Below are positions 17,328-27,225 of a DNA stretch of 62,411 nucleotides, one piece after another (positions within the stretch are counted from its first letter, which is position 1; each line of letters begins with the position of its first letter). A program made the position numbers and the translations under genes. The notes below the pieces were generated by a model, which saw only the letters and a program-made list of their open reading frames with translations, ran no database searches and was not told where the DNA came from. Source of the stretch: a virus (Duplodnaviria; Caudoviricetes); IMG/VR virus record IMGVR_UViG_3300037722_000432, positions 1 through 62,411 of that record; one strand, written 5' to 3'.

Positions 17328-19439
17328 ATGGCTTTTGCCCAGGTCGAGTCCCGAACTTCATACACGTTCACCACAGGTACTACTCACAACTGCGCTAGCT
17401 TTCCCGCGTTGGGTGCCGGTGAGGTTTACATCGCCCTGGTTACTTCCGACGGGTCGGCCACACAGAACGCTCCGACCGACTGGACCACCAAAGGCACTCA
17501 GCTTCGAGGGACTTTTGCCCGAGGCTCGGTCCATGTCCATGACGTTGATTTGGGTGGGACCACCGTTAACTTCCCCACTGGATCAACAGAGGCATTGGCG
17601 GTTCATGTCCTGGTTGTCTCGGGATGGTCAGGCGACCTGGCTGACATCGAAGTTCTGTTCGCTGATCCTGGGGGTACTACAAACGCTCCCAATCCCCCGT
17701 CCTTGAATCCAGCAGGGTGGGATGTCGAGGACACCCTCTGGATCATTGGGGCGTTTGGTTCGTCGTGGAGTTCGGTTACTACCTACCCGACTAACTATGC
17801 AACGAACGGGGCACATAACCTTTCGGGTACTGGGACTGCGAACGCTTCTATCTCATCATCATGGCGGGAGTCGGCGGCGGCATCAGAAGATCCCGGTGTT
17901 TTCGCTATGGGGAGTACGTCCTCTGGTGTCATTGCCACTATCGCGGTTAGGCCATCTGGTGTTGGCCCTGCTACCGCTCCCGAGCTTCAAGTCTCCGGGT
18001 TGGTTATCGCCCTCACTTACACCGAGAGTGAAGGCGCGGCCCTCGTCAAGATTCAAGCCGAGGACATGAACTCTTCTGAGGATGATCTCACCTTCCGGGC
18101 TCTGACCCGACTCATGGCCGAGGGACTAAGCCTATCCGAAACCAACCTTCCTGTTCGATCTCTCCTTCGTTTGACTACAGAAGCAATCAACCTGGATGAA
18201 CTAACCATAGCCTCCAGGGGGAGAATCAGGATTGAAGGAGAAGGAATAGAAATTGACGAAGCTCCTCTTTCAACTATAGGGATCATCCGGGTTATAAGTG
18301 AGATCCTACAGGCTAGTGAAGGGGACCTCACTTTCAGAGGTCTTCTCCGGTTGATTTCAGAAGCACTTGACCTAGCTGAAGAAGATCTCTCTCTTAGGGC
18401 ACTAGCTCGGATAGTGTCGGAGGATCTATCAATCTCTGAAACGGATCTCGTAGTCCGTTCTCTCGTTCGGGTATTGTCAGAAGGACTGGAAGTCCCTGAG
18501 CAGGTTCTTTCCTCCCTTGGACTACTTCGATTGGTTTCCGACGTTATCACCCTGCAAGAACAGGAAGCCCATATCCGAGGGCTACTCCGCCTATTCACAG
18601 AAGATCTTTCAATATCCGAGACAGATCTCCACTTCAAACAAATCCTCAAACTTGTATCAGAGGCACTTGACCTAGCTGAAACGGATCTCCTTTACCGAGC
18701 TTTGGTTAGGGTAGTTTCAGAAGGCCAAACCCTATCTGAACAAGTATTTCGATTCTTGGCTCTTACCCGAGTGGAAGTCGAGTCTCTACCCATTTCAGAG
18801 ACAGATCTAGTAGTCCGTGCATTGACTCGTGTGTTTGGGGAGACAACTCAACTTTCAGAACTGGACCTTCATCTTAGGGGACTCATCCGAGAAGTATCCG
18901 AAGATCTGAACCTATCCGATGAGACTGAGTTCTACCGTGGACTGTTCAGGGTTATTACCGAGGACATGGAGGTATCCGAACAGGTCCTAATGTCTTTGGT
19001 TGGAGCAGGGCTAATCCAAATCATCTCCGAAACTCTCTCTCTCTCCGAAGCTGATCTCCGCTTCATGGTGCTGGTGCGGGAGGTAGCCGAGACCTTGGGA
19101 CTCACCGAGCAGGATCTACGCGCCATGAGCATTACGCGCGTCCTCTCCGAGAACGAGAGTGTCCAGGAGGTTGTGATTCGGCTTCGCTCTCTCCTCCGAA
19201 CCCAGTCCGAGGCGATGCAACTGGCTGAAACCGACTCTTGGATTCGCGGGTTTTTGAAGATCGTCAACGAGGGGATCGAACTAGTCGAAGGGGTGGTCAG
19301 GAAAGTAGCCGCGGCCATAACCGGCGCGTTGAAGGAGTGGAGGAGATTCGTTCCCCGGAGTAGGTCAATGGGTGGAGATAGGGGTTACGACGCGACCGGG
19401 AGGAATTACACTAAGAACGACCGAGATCACAGCAACTAG
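17328..19439 (+). CDS. Fibre protein with beta module plus more than 20 repeats of ~19 aa
   Basis: Repeat consensus approximately R-[LV]-[IV]-S-E-x-L-x-[LI]-S-E-x-D-L-x-x-R-x-L. Confidence 0.65.
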   Translation: MAFAQVESRTSYTFTTGTTHNCASFPALGAGEVYIALVTSDGSATQNAPTDWTTKGTQLRGTFARGSVHVHDVDLGGTTVNFPTGSTEALAVHVLVVSGWSGDLADIEVLFADPGGTTNAPNPPSLNPAGWDVEDTLWIIGAFGSSWSSVTTYPTNYATNGAHNLSGTGTANASISSSWRESAAASEDPGVFAMGSTSSGVIATIAVRPSGVGPATAPELQVSGLVIALTYTESEGAALVKIQAEDMNSSEDDLTFRALTRLMAEGLSLSETNLPVRSLLRLTTEAINLDELTIASRGRIRIEGEGIEIDEAPLSTIGIIRVISEILQASEGDLTFRGLLRLISEALDLAEEDLSLRALARIVSEDLSISETDLVVRSLVRVLSEGLEVPEQVLSSLGLLRLVSDVITLQEQEAHIRGLLRLFTEDLSISETDLHFKQILKLVSEALDLAETDLLYRALVRVVSEGQTLSEQVFRFLALTRVEVESLPISETDLVVRALTRVFGETTQLSELDLHLRGLIREVSEDLNLSDETEFYRGLFRVITEDMEVSEQVLMSLVGAGLIQIISETLSLSEADLRFMVLVREVAETLGLTEQDLRAMSITRVLSENESVQEVVIRLRSLLRTQSEAMQLAETDSWIRGFLKIVNEGIELVEGVVRKVAAAITGALKEWRRFVPRSRSMGGDRGYDATGRNYTKNDRDHSN

Positions 19440-19485
19440 AGAATCTGCTAACTAGAGAACCCATCAACCCAGGAGTTCAGGACAC

Positions 19486-19857
19486 ATGGCCCTCGACCCG
19501 ACAATCCTAAGAAAGATTCGATACGAGATCGGGTTGAGCGCCGAGACGACAACCGGGGTGGACGACGATGACACTCTGGAGGAGATCTTCAACGACTCCG
19601 ATGAGGGGAACGGGTCCATTTTGGTAACCGCCCTGATCGTGTGGAGACATCGACTTGCTGACTACACCAACCACGCCTTCGACATGACCACCGAGGGCTC
19701 ACTTCTCTCCCGGTCCCAGAAGATCCGTTTCATGGAGAGACGGATCAAAGAACTCTCCCTCCTGGTGGACGGGACAGCTACCGGATTGAACGCGGTGGTC
19801 GTTGGACCAGGGGCAGGCTCGGATGATGATGGGATAGGGGGGACGGAGTTCTCGTGA
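19486..19857 (+). CDS. Head-tail adaptor (putative)
   Basis: IR..IG...D..L and SL.RSQ motifs; position in the neck module. Confidence 0.65.
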   Translation: MALDPTILRKIRYEIGLSAETTTGVDDDDTLEEIFNDSDEGNGSILVTALIVWRHRLADYTNHAFDMTTEGSLLSRSQKIRFMERRIKELSLLVDGTATGLNAVVVGPGAGSDDDGIGGTEFS

Positions 19858-20273
19858 TGGATGAGGTCATGCAGGTAATCGCGGACGAACTGGTTTCCTC
19901 TGGGGCAATGGGGTATGTCCACGAGCATTACCAGGATGACCTCCCCAATGAGTGTGTTGGACTGGTGTGGGATGACGGAGCGGTTATGCGGTTGAAGAAC
20001 CAGGCTAACTCACCCAGACGATTCTCGGTCTCCCTGCGTCAACTAGTGGAGAATATGGAGTCCAGGGAAGGGGTACCCCTCACCGTCTACCATTCTCACC
20101 CAGGAGGGGCAGTAGCTCTATCCTGGGATGATCGACGTTCAATGAAGGAGCAATACGCCAAGGACATCCCCATACCTTGGTTGGTGGTCACTGAGGAGAA
20201 ATCTCGCCTATGGTATATGGAGGACAACTGGTATTACTCCATCCCCATTAGAAACGGACTAGTCCATGTCTGA
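19854..20273 (+). CDS. JAB/MPN (Mov34) metalloprotease
   Basis: PNECVG catalytic Glu plus YHSHP...LSWDD (H-x-H-x7-S-x2-D JAMM motif). Confidence 0.88.
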   Translation: MMDEVMQVIADELVSSGAMGYVHEHYQDDLPNECVGLVWDDGAVMRLKNQANSPRRFSVSLRQLVENMESREGVPLTVYHSHPGGAVALSWDDRRSMKEQYAKDIPIPWLVVTEEKSRLWYMEDNWYYSIPIRNGLVHV

Positions 20274-20676
20274 ACTCCTCACCGCCTATGAACTTAACGC
20301 CATCAGAGCCGACGTAGACCAGATCTTCGAGGACGTGGGGATGGTGGAACGGGTGACATCAAAGGGGGTCCTCGACCATGACACAGCCGAGTTTGCTGGA
20401 GAGGTAAGAGCCCTTGTATACGAAGGCCCATGTCTGGTAACTCCAATCATATCCAGGAGGGACAGGTTTGATGAAGTCGGACAAGGGTTGATTTTCACTC
20501 GACAGTATCGAGTGGATCTTCCCTGGGATGAAGACGAGGTTCAAATCCGCGATGTCTTCACCATCACCGCTTCGGATGACCCCCAGGTGGTAGGACGGGA
20601 GATGCAGGTCCGAGATGTGCTGGTCGGAACCAACCTTGGATACCGGCGTCTCACCGTCCAGGATGTCAGAGAGTAA
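20266..20676 (+). CDS. Head closure/stopper protein (DUF6093-like)
   Basis: VYEGPC, Y.V.LPW and DPQVVGR motifs; position. Confidence 0.7.
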   Translation: MSELLTAYELNAIRADVDQIFEDVGMVERVTSKGVLDHDTAEFAGEVRALVYEGPCLVTPIISRRDRFDEVGQGLIFTRQYRVDLPWDEDEVQIRDVFTITASDDPQVVGREMQVRDVLVGTNLGYRRLTVQDVRE

Positions 20677-21548
20677 TGGCAGCAGTACGCAACCCCAACA
20701 AGCGGATCATGGGGAACCGGAAGAGGGTATCCCCTGGGACGACTGGGTATATGGTCGAGATGCAGGGGTTCAACGTCCTGTCCGACCACTTCATCGCGAT
20801 GGCAGCATTGGGAGAGAGTTTCTTCCCTCAACTATTGGACGTGACCGCGGATATAGGGATCGAATACGCCAAAGAGCTAGTTGCGTATGATACCGGAGCT
20901 ACCCAAGAGTCAATCAACAAGAGTCCAGGGGTGATCGACAAAGGGGCTAAAGGAGAGTGGAGCATCCGATTCGGCCCCACAACTTTCTACTCCCCCTTTC
21001 TTGAGTACGGGACTATCTTCATGTCTCCCCGTCCGTTTATGATCCCAGCCGGGGATTTAGCTGAGAGGGTGTTCGTGGCTTCAATCCAGGCTTTCCTCAA
21101 CTTGTTTGATACCAGTAATGGGGGAGGCGGGTTTGGAGGGGGGAATATAGATGCTGGGCAAGCTCTCAGTCACCCCAAAATCAGAGGTACGGTGGGGGGG
21201 TTCAGATCAATGCTCTACTCTCAAGCCAAGTTCCTGGGTGATGTGTCCGTGTTTGGGGGGAGAAGTTTTCTAGGTCCGATCAGAACTCGTATGTATCATC
21301 TAGCTCGATCTATAGGGGATGTCTCCTCAGTGATGAACGGGACTCTGAACACGCGCATCTCCAATCGTCTTTCAGGTCGAGTTACAGGAAGGATCGTTGG
21401 GTATGGGTCGGCGTCTTTGTCGTCTGGAAAAACGTATTCAGCGTTCCCAGGTGGAGAAGGTGGGCGGCGGGTTTATCAGAGAGTTGTAGGCCGGGCTACC
21501 AACATAGGTGGGTCTAGCTTGAGGCTTGGGAATGTGCTAGGGGGGTAA
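20676..21548 (+). CDS. HK97 gp10-like tail completion protein with long basic C-terminal extension
   Basis: DTG..Q.SI, Y..FLEYGT and PRPFM.PA motifs. Confidence 0.8.
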   Translation: MAAVRNPNKRIMGNRKRVSPGTTGYMVEMQGFNVLSDHFIAMAALGESFFPQLLDVTADIGIEYAKELVAYDTGATQESINKSPGVIDKGAKGEWSIRFGPTTFYSPFLEYGTIFMSPRPFMIPAGDLAERVFVASIQAFLNLFDTSNGGGGFGGGNIDAGQALSHPKIRGTVGGFRSMLYSQAKFLGDVSVFGGRSFLGPIRTRMYHLARSIGDVSSVMNGTLNTRISNRLSGRVTGRIVGYGSASLSSGKTYSAFPGGEGGRRVYQRVVGRATNIGGSSLRLGNVLGG

Positions 21549-21555
21549 GAACGCA

Positions 21556-22002
21556 ATGCCATCAGACAGAAGTGACATCATCATTGGGGAGCATTTTCAG
21601 GGGATACTAGACGCGCTTGTCAATGCAGCCCCTCCCCTGCCTTGGCCGGTGGGAGAATGGGAGCGTCCAAAAGCGGGAGATCAGAAGTTCATCAACCCTC
21701 CCTACGCGTTGCTCCGACTCTTCCCATCAGCCGCGCAGTTTGAGGGTTCTTTAGCTGATTCTCAAGCGGACATCATCTTGAGATTTCAGATCATGGGAGT
21801 GGGCCTAACCGAGCGCCAAGCCATCGACGTAACTGATCGGTGCAGGAAAGAGATGAAGTCCTCCAAGATCTCCATACCCAACAGATACGTTCAGGATGTG
21901 CGATTTATGGTTGTCAGTGGAGGGGTTTCCCGCGATGATGACCTACCAGAGCCTTTTCACAATTCAAGCGATCTGTACGAGCTACTAACCACCCCGGCAT
22001 AG
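21556..22002 (+). CDS. Tail terminator
   Basis: PPYALL, FQI..VG.T..QA and RDDD motifs; position. Confidence 0.7.
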   Translation: MPSDRSDIIIGEHFQGILDALVNAAPPLPWPVGEWERPKAGDQKFINPPYALLRLFPSAAQFEGSLADSQADIILRFQIMGVGLTERQAIDVTDRCRKEMKSSKISIPNRYVQDVRFMVVSGGVSRDDDLPEPFHNSSDLYELLTTPA

Positions 22003-22013
22003 AAAGGAACACA

Positions 22014-22214
22014 ATGCCACAGGAAAACGAATCCGCCCAGGTTCTCATGGTCCACAAGGACTTCAAAGACCGAGCCCCAACAAAGGTCGGGCGCAAGGTG
22101 TTTGAGCGCACCTGGAAGCCCAAGGGCTGGGTGGAGTTCAAGGGCGATCCAAAAGAGGCTGAAGTGACAGCAGCCCTAGCCACAGAGGAATCCAACCCCA
22201 CCCCTGACAAGTAG
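22014..22214 (+). CDS. Small hypothetical protein
   Basis: AAGGA RBS; H......W...GW motif; lies just before the tail tube gene. Confidence 0.6.
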   Translation: MPQENESAQVLMVHKDFKDRAPTKVGRKVFERTWKPKGWVEFKGDPKEAEVTAALATEESNPTPDK

Positions 22215-22303
22215 GGGTCAATTCCGGGGTCTCAACCTGTTCCTCGACCGGGGTAGGTCCCCCTCGTATACTCGGGAGAGATCAAAGTCTGTAAGGAGGA
22301 AAC

Positions 22304-22783
22304 ATGGCTCGCATCATCGCTGATGGTGAGGTCCGACTTCATTGGGTTCCAGGAGCAGCCGGGATAACGGACCCCGCGGCACCGACCGTGGCCGAGCTTG
22401 CCACTGGGCAGGACGTAACCCCGTTTTTCTCGTCGTTCGATACTCCCCTCGATGGTGAGGCCACTCCCGCCGCTGACCTGTCCTCGGCGTTCAACAAGAC
22501 TGTGGCCGGGACGTTTGGTGGGAACGTCGCGGTGGACTCCTACCGGGAGAGCGTTACCGATACGGCTTGGGGTTTGTGGCCCAGATTGACGGAAGGGTTT
22601 TTCGTGATTCGTCGGTTCGGTGGGTCTGATGTCGCCATTGTCGCGACCGACGAGGTTGAGGTCTACAAGATCCGCGTTGTGACTCGATCCCCTGCCACCT
22701 TGGATCGTGGATCGGTTCAGATGTTCAATATCTCCGCAGCCGTCCAGGAGGAGCCCGAGTTGGAGGCCGTGGTCGCGGCGTAG
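22304..22783 (+). CDS. Major tail tube protein
   Basis: APTVAEL..G.D and GF.V.RR motifs of actinophage tail tubes; AAGGAGG RBS. Confidence 0.85.
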   Translation: MARIIADGEVRLHWVPGAAGITDPAAPTVAELATGQDVTPFFSSFDTPLDGEATPAADLSSAFNKTVAGTFGGNVAVDSYRESVTDTAWGLWPRLTEGFFVIRRFGGSDVAIVATDEVEVYKIRVVTRSPATLDRGSVQMFNISAAVQEEPELEAVVAA

Positions 22784-22828
22784 AGCGGGATAAGTCGATA
22801 GTCCCTCTCCTCTACCGGCGAGGAACGG

Positions 22829-22862
22829 GAAAGCCAGGGTGTGTACTCCCACCCTGGCTTCC
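22829..22862 (+). terminator. Terminator hairpin
   Basis: AAGCCAGGGTG / CACCCTGGCTT stem followed by a T-rich tail. Confidence 0.7.
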
Positions 22863-22921
22863 TCTATTTGATTAGGTGGTGTTCCTTGACCTCTCTGAAC
22901 GACTAGGGGTACCCTTCCCTA

Positions 22922-23656
22922 ATGCCAGAAGAACTCACTCCAGACCAAACCCCAGTTGACTCCTCCGATACCCCAACTACCAAGGCTACTCCCGAGGATG
23001 TCCGCGGCGGGTCTTCCTCCAAGAGCCAGAAGTTCTCCTCGGACACTCCGACAATGGCCGAGATCCGAGCCCGGAAAAAGCCCAACCGTAGGACCGTCGC
23101 CATCTTGTTGGACTCGGCCCTATCCCACGAGATAGACGAGAAGATAGCCGAGATCGAGAAGCTGGAGAGGAAGCAGAAGGTCAAGGGTTTTGGGGGAACT
23201 CTCGCTGACAAGACCAACCAAGATCTTCTCACCAAGATTGACGAGTTGGAAGAATTGGAGGAGTCAGCCGCGGCCGAGACCGTCGAGTTCACCTTCCAAG
23301 ACATAGGGCGACGAGCCTATGACGAACTCCTCAAAGAGCATAGGCCCACCGCAGAGGAGAAAGCCGAATACAAGGAGGCCGGGGGAGAAGGGGTCCTTGC
23401 CTACTCAACTACCACTTTCCCTCCAACGTTGATCTCCCGGTGTTCTGTCACTCCCGAGATCTCCCAGGAAGATGCCGAGGCCATTTTCCTAGAGTGGAGT
23501 GAGGGGGATCTCGAAACCATCTTCATGGCGGCTCTCCTCGCGTGCAAGGAGCCCACTTCCCTCCCAAAATCCAGAGCAGGTACCGCGAAGACACGCGTTT
23601 TGCAGCAGAACTCGACTACTGCGCAGAACGAGGAATCCCCCACTCTCGATTCCTAA
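22922..23656 (+). CDS. Tail assembly chaperone (G)
   Basis: Lies between tail tube and TMP; Y..L...H.PT and TFPP.LI motifs; leaderless promoter TTGACC-N18-TACCCT-N6-ATG. Confidence 0.8.
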   Translation: MPEELTPDQTPVDSSDTPTTKATPEDVRGGSSSKSQKFSSDTPTMAEIRARKKPNRRTVAILLDSALSHEIDEKIAEIEKLERKQKVKGFGGTLADKTNQDLLTKIDELEELEESAAAETVEFTFQDIGRRAYDELLKEHRPTAEEKAEYKEAGGEGVLAYSTTTFPPTLISRCSVTPEISQEDAEAIFLEWSEGDLETIFMAALLACKEPTSLPKSRAGTAKTRVLQQNSTTAQNEESPTLDS

Positions 23657-24015
23657 GCTGGGATCAGGATGACCAAGACAAGATAGTTGCCTGGGTTATC
23701 GAGAAGCGGGTTACCTGCGATAAGTGTGGAACAAGGGAAGAAGAATGGGACCCGACCAAGGGAGGTCATATCCATGCCTATCTTCCCAAGACGTTCATCG
23801 ACCCTGGTTGTCAGGTGATGGAGGACGCTTATGACGCGGCCAGAGAGAACGCGTCAAAGGACGAGGATGGAGTCCCGAAAATGAACGGGGTTAGGATCAG
23901 GTTGGTTCCCAGAGAAACTGCCCAGCGAGTCGCCGCGGAAAGAAGACGTAAAGAGTTGGAGGAAAAGGGGCTCACTCCTCCCCGGTACAACCTCCCCTTC
24001 TATCCGTTCCCCTAA
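23563..24015 (+). CDS. Tail assembly chaperone GT extension via -1 frameshift
   Basis: Slippery C-CCA-AAA at 23563-23569 is in the G frame; the -1 frame is open to 24015 (GIPHSRFL.W, CxxC). Confidence 0.75.
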   Translation, partial: PKIQSRYREDTRFAAELDYCAERGIPHSRFLSWDQDDQDKIVAWVIEKRVTCDKCGTREEEWDPTKGGHIHAYLPKTFIDPGCQVMEDAYDAARENASKDEDGVPKMNGVRIRLVPRETAQRVAAERRRKELEEKGLTPPRYNLPFYPFP

Positions 24016-24068
24016 TTAGCTAGAGGGTCAATCCTGTCGGTTGTGAGGAAGGGCCATACCCTTTCTAC

Positions 24069-27000
24069 ATGGCTGACAAGACCGTTGTTGTTCGGATCGT
24101 CGTTCGGGCCAACCAATTCTCCTCCGGTCTTCGTGGAGCCGCGGCCGATGTCAACAAGTTCGCCGTTGACGTAGAACGGGGATCGGCCAAGGCTGGGTCA
24201 TCTGCCCTGGCCCTTGGTGCCGCTTCTGCCACAGCCGGAAAGTTGATGCTGGTCGGGATCGGTGGAGCCCTCGCCGTTTCAGCCAAAGCCGCTATTGACT
24301 ACGAGTCTTCTCTTGCTGGGGTGGCGAAAACCACTGATCTCGCCGGGTCCGCGTTCGCCAAAGCTGGGAGCCCTCTAGCCGCGTTCGGGGAAGCCCTCCG
24401 GGGTCTTTCCATGCGCATCCCGGTCAACGTCAATGATCTCGCGTCGATAGCCGAGATGGGTGGACAGTTGGGTATCGAGGTCCCCAACCTAATCGAGTTC
24501 ACCGAGGTCATGGCCGCGCTTGGGGTGACTACTAACCTCGCGGGGAACGAGGCAGCTACAGGACTGGCTCGGTTCGTCAACATCATGGGGACAGGTCAGG
24601 ACCAGTTCAACCGTCTGGGGTCCGTGATAGTCGAACTGGGTAACAACCTTGCCACCACAGAATCGGAGATCCTTCACTTCGGACTTCGCCTAGCTCCAAC
24701 AGGGGCAGCCGTAGGAATGACAGAAGAGGCAGTTTTGGCTCTATCTGGGGCGTTGACTTCCCTAGGTATTCCCGCGGAACGTGGCGGGACGGCACTCCAG
24801 CGTCTATTCCTCAATATGCAGAGTGCGGTTCTCGGTGGTGGAGAGTCCCTAGGTAAGTGGGCTAACGCAACCAGGATGACGCGGGAAGAGTTCTCGGCTC
24901 TGTTCAGGGAGAATCCAGAGTTGGTCTTCTTGGAATTGGCAAAGCAACTTGACGCTACCGCGTCTTCAGGAGGGAACGCCGCTGGAATACTGAGTGATCT
25001 TGGGATCATTGAGCAGAGGTCCATCCAGGTCTTGCTCGCTGCTTCCAATGGTTGGGAAGTTGTAGCTGAATCAATCGACTTGGCGAACATAGCTGGGGAG
25101 GAAGGGACCGCCTTACAAGAAGAGGCGGCTAAACGGTATGGGACTACTGCCTCTCAGATTCAGATGCTTTCCAACAGCTTCAATGATCTAAGGATAGAGG
25201 TCGGGAACGCACTACTTGGCTCGGGTGGGTTGGCCGCGGGGATAGATTTCGTCAGAGAGTTCTTCCGCATCATCAAAGACAACCTCCCCATGTTGGGGAA
25301 TCTAGTGAAGGTCCTTGTCACGATTGCGGCCTTGAGAATCGGAGCCAACATCTTCTCTGGGTTCCAAGCGGGGCTCGTTCATGTGCGAGCAATGAAGGTT
25401 GGATTGGATGGGGTAACCGCGTCAACCAAGGCTTTGCGCCTAGCTCAATTGGGTTTGAACGTCGGAGTGTTCGCCGCGATAGCTCTGGTTGGGGCCTTGG
25501 CTACAGCCTGGGGAGCAGCCGCGGTCAAAGCAGCCGAGTTGAAGGGGATAGTTGGTGATCTACGTGGGGAGATTGAAGGCGGGGCAGACCCCATGCTGGC
25601 TTGGATTGAGGCGTTGGAAAAACAGGGGATCTTCACCGATGAGAACAAGAGGCTTTTGGAGGGTCTTGGGTTGTCCCAAGAGGAGTTCATCCGTCGAATA
25701 TTCAAAGGCAACGAAGCCTTCCGAGATCTGGGGGCGGCTGCAAGGTCAGGTCAGGGTGACATAGACGCGTGGGCAAAGATCCTAGGGACTGGACGAGAGG
25801 AAGTCCTGGCACTCAACGACACTTTCGAGGAGACCAAAGGACAAATGAACACCTTTGGCGATCTGGTGAATGAATCCACTGAAATCCTCGATGCCTTCTT
25901 TAAGGACAAATCAGACGAGGTTACTAACGGACTGATTGAGGCCGGGTTAAATGCCAGGTTCTCTACCGACGAGATACGAACTATGGCAGACGAGGCAGTT
26001 CGCTTCTTTGGCATGAAGGTTCCAGTTGATAACATCCTTGCAGCATTTGGGCCTACAGGCACCATAGGTATGCCACGGATTCTTCCAGATCTCAAAAAGC
26101 AGGCTGAGGAGACCGTGTTCACTTGGGAAGAGATGGTCCTAGGTATGGAGGGGGGGGCTGACCGTATAGACGACTTCTGGGATGCACTAGTTGATACCAC
26201 CGATAAGTTCAATGGGGATCTAGCTGACAGTTTCAAAGAGATTCGTGACACCATTATGGACGGGTTCCCTGATTGGGATGAGTATGAGCAGGTAACTCAG
26301 AAGGGGTTTGGGAAAGTCCTCAAGGGTGTTCTCAAGGCCCAAGAGCTATTCCTTGAGGACCTACGTGATGGAATAGAACTCTCCTCTGCAATCGCTGGGG
26401 AAGTAAGCGCGGGAACCCTGGCGTTCATCGAAGGATTGGACCCAGCTACCAAAGGGGCATTGGCAAGGTTCAGGCGTACCAACGAGGATGGGTTCAGCGA
26501 TTGGCTTGGGGATGTGGAAGCTAACCTCAATGAAGCTGACGATCTCACCCAAGATTTCTGGTTATTGAAGCTACCCGAAAACCTCCAGATGGGATTCGCC
26601 GGGTTGTTGGCTGTCATGTCACAGAACGTGGGCGGGTTCGGACTACCAGGGGAACAAGCCGCGGGGATGTTTGTTAGTGGAGTCGAGGATGTTCTGAGCC
26701 GGATGCCCGAGGAGCACCAGGACGAATTCCTGGGGTACGTTGCAGACGCGCTCTCCAATCCTGAGTTCCTTCTCGGGCTCGGGATAGCCGCTGGAGATCC
26801 GGTGGTCGAAGGGATGCTCCGATCTCTCAGAACGATGGCGGAACGAGCCAAGCCGATCATCAACGCTCAGGCCGTCAAGATGCAGAAGGACATGAAGGAC
26901 GCGTGGGGGGTGTATTCGCCTTCACGAGTCACCCAGGAGATCGGTCTGAACATTACGCGCGGCCTCTTCGGTGGCATGGAGGACGAATACGAAAGGCAAT

Positions 27001-27203
27001 TGTCCGCTTCCCAATCTCCCATTGTGAACCTGATGGGGAGTAAGCCGATAGTCAACCTGAAAACCACAGTCCAAGGGGGCTCTCGGGACATTGTGTTGAA
27101 CTACCCCCAACACAAGTCTGACGACATCATTGACGGAGTGAAGAAGGCCGCGGTGTTGAGTGGATTGCAAAGGGACGCGGAAGTGGCGATAGGACCAGGG
27201 TAG
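24069..27203 (+). CDS. Tape measure protein
   Basis: 1044 aa, Ala/Gly-rich; AIDYES...V.KT, LGNN.ATTE, ERGGTA and SPSRV motifs. Confidence 0.93.
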   Translation: MADKTVVVRIVVRANQFSSGLRGAAADVNKFAVDVERGSAKAGSSALALGAASATAGKLMLVGIGGALAVSAKAAIDYESSLAGVAKTTDLAGSAFAKAGSPLAAFGEALRGLSMRIPVNVNDLASIAEMGGQLGIEVPNLIEFTEVMAALGVTTNLAGNEAATGLARFVNIMGTGQDQFNRLGSVIVELGNNLATTESEILHFGLRLAPTGAAVGMTEEAVLALSGALTSLGIPAERGGTALQRLFLNMQSAVLGGGESLGKWANATRMTREEFSALFRENPELVFLELAKQLDATASSGGNAAGILSDLGIIEQRSIQVLLAASNGWEVVAESIDLANIAGEEGTALQEEAAKRYGTTASQIQMLSNSFNDLRIEVGNALLGSGGLAAGIDFVREFFRIIKDNLPMLGNLVKVLVTIAALRIGANIFSGFQAGLVHVRAMKVGLDGVTASTKALRLAQLGLNVGVFAAIALVGALATAWGAAAVKAAELKGIVGDLRGEIEGGADPMLAWIEALEKQGIFTDENKRLLEGLGLSQEEFIRRIFKGNEAFRDLGAAARSGQGDIDAWAKILGTGREEVLALNDTFEETKGQMNTFGDLVNESTEILDAFFKDKSDEVTNGLIEAGLNARFSTDEIRTMADEAVRFFGMKVPVDNILAAFGPTGTIGMPRILPDLKKQAEETVFTWEEMVLGMEGGADRIDDFWDALVDTTDKFNGDLADSFKEIRDTIMDGFPDWDEYEQVTQKGFGKVLKGVLKAQELFLEDLRDGIELSSAIAGEVSAGTLAFIEGLDPATKGALARFRRTNEDGFSDWLGDVEANLNEADDLTQDFWLLKLPENLQMGFAGLLAVMSQNVGGFGLPGEQAAGMFVSGVEDVLSRMPEEHQDEFLGYVADALSNPEFLLGLGIAAGDPVVEGMLRSLRTMAERAKPIINAQAVKMQKDMKDAWGVYSPSRVTQEIGLNITRGLFGGMEDEYERQLSASQSPIVNLMGSKPIVNLKTTVQGGSRDIVLNYPQHKSDDIIDGVKKAAVLSGLQRDAEVAIGPG

Positions 27204-27225
27204 AGGTAGAGGGAAATAGCAGACA

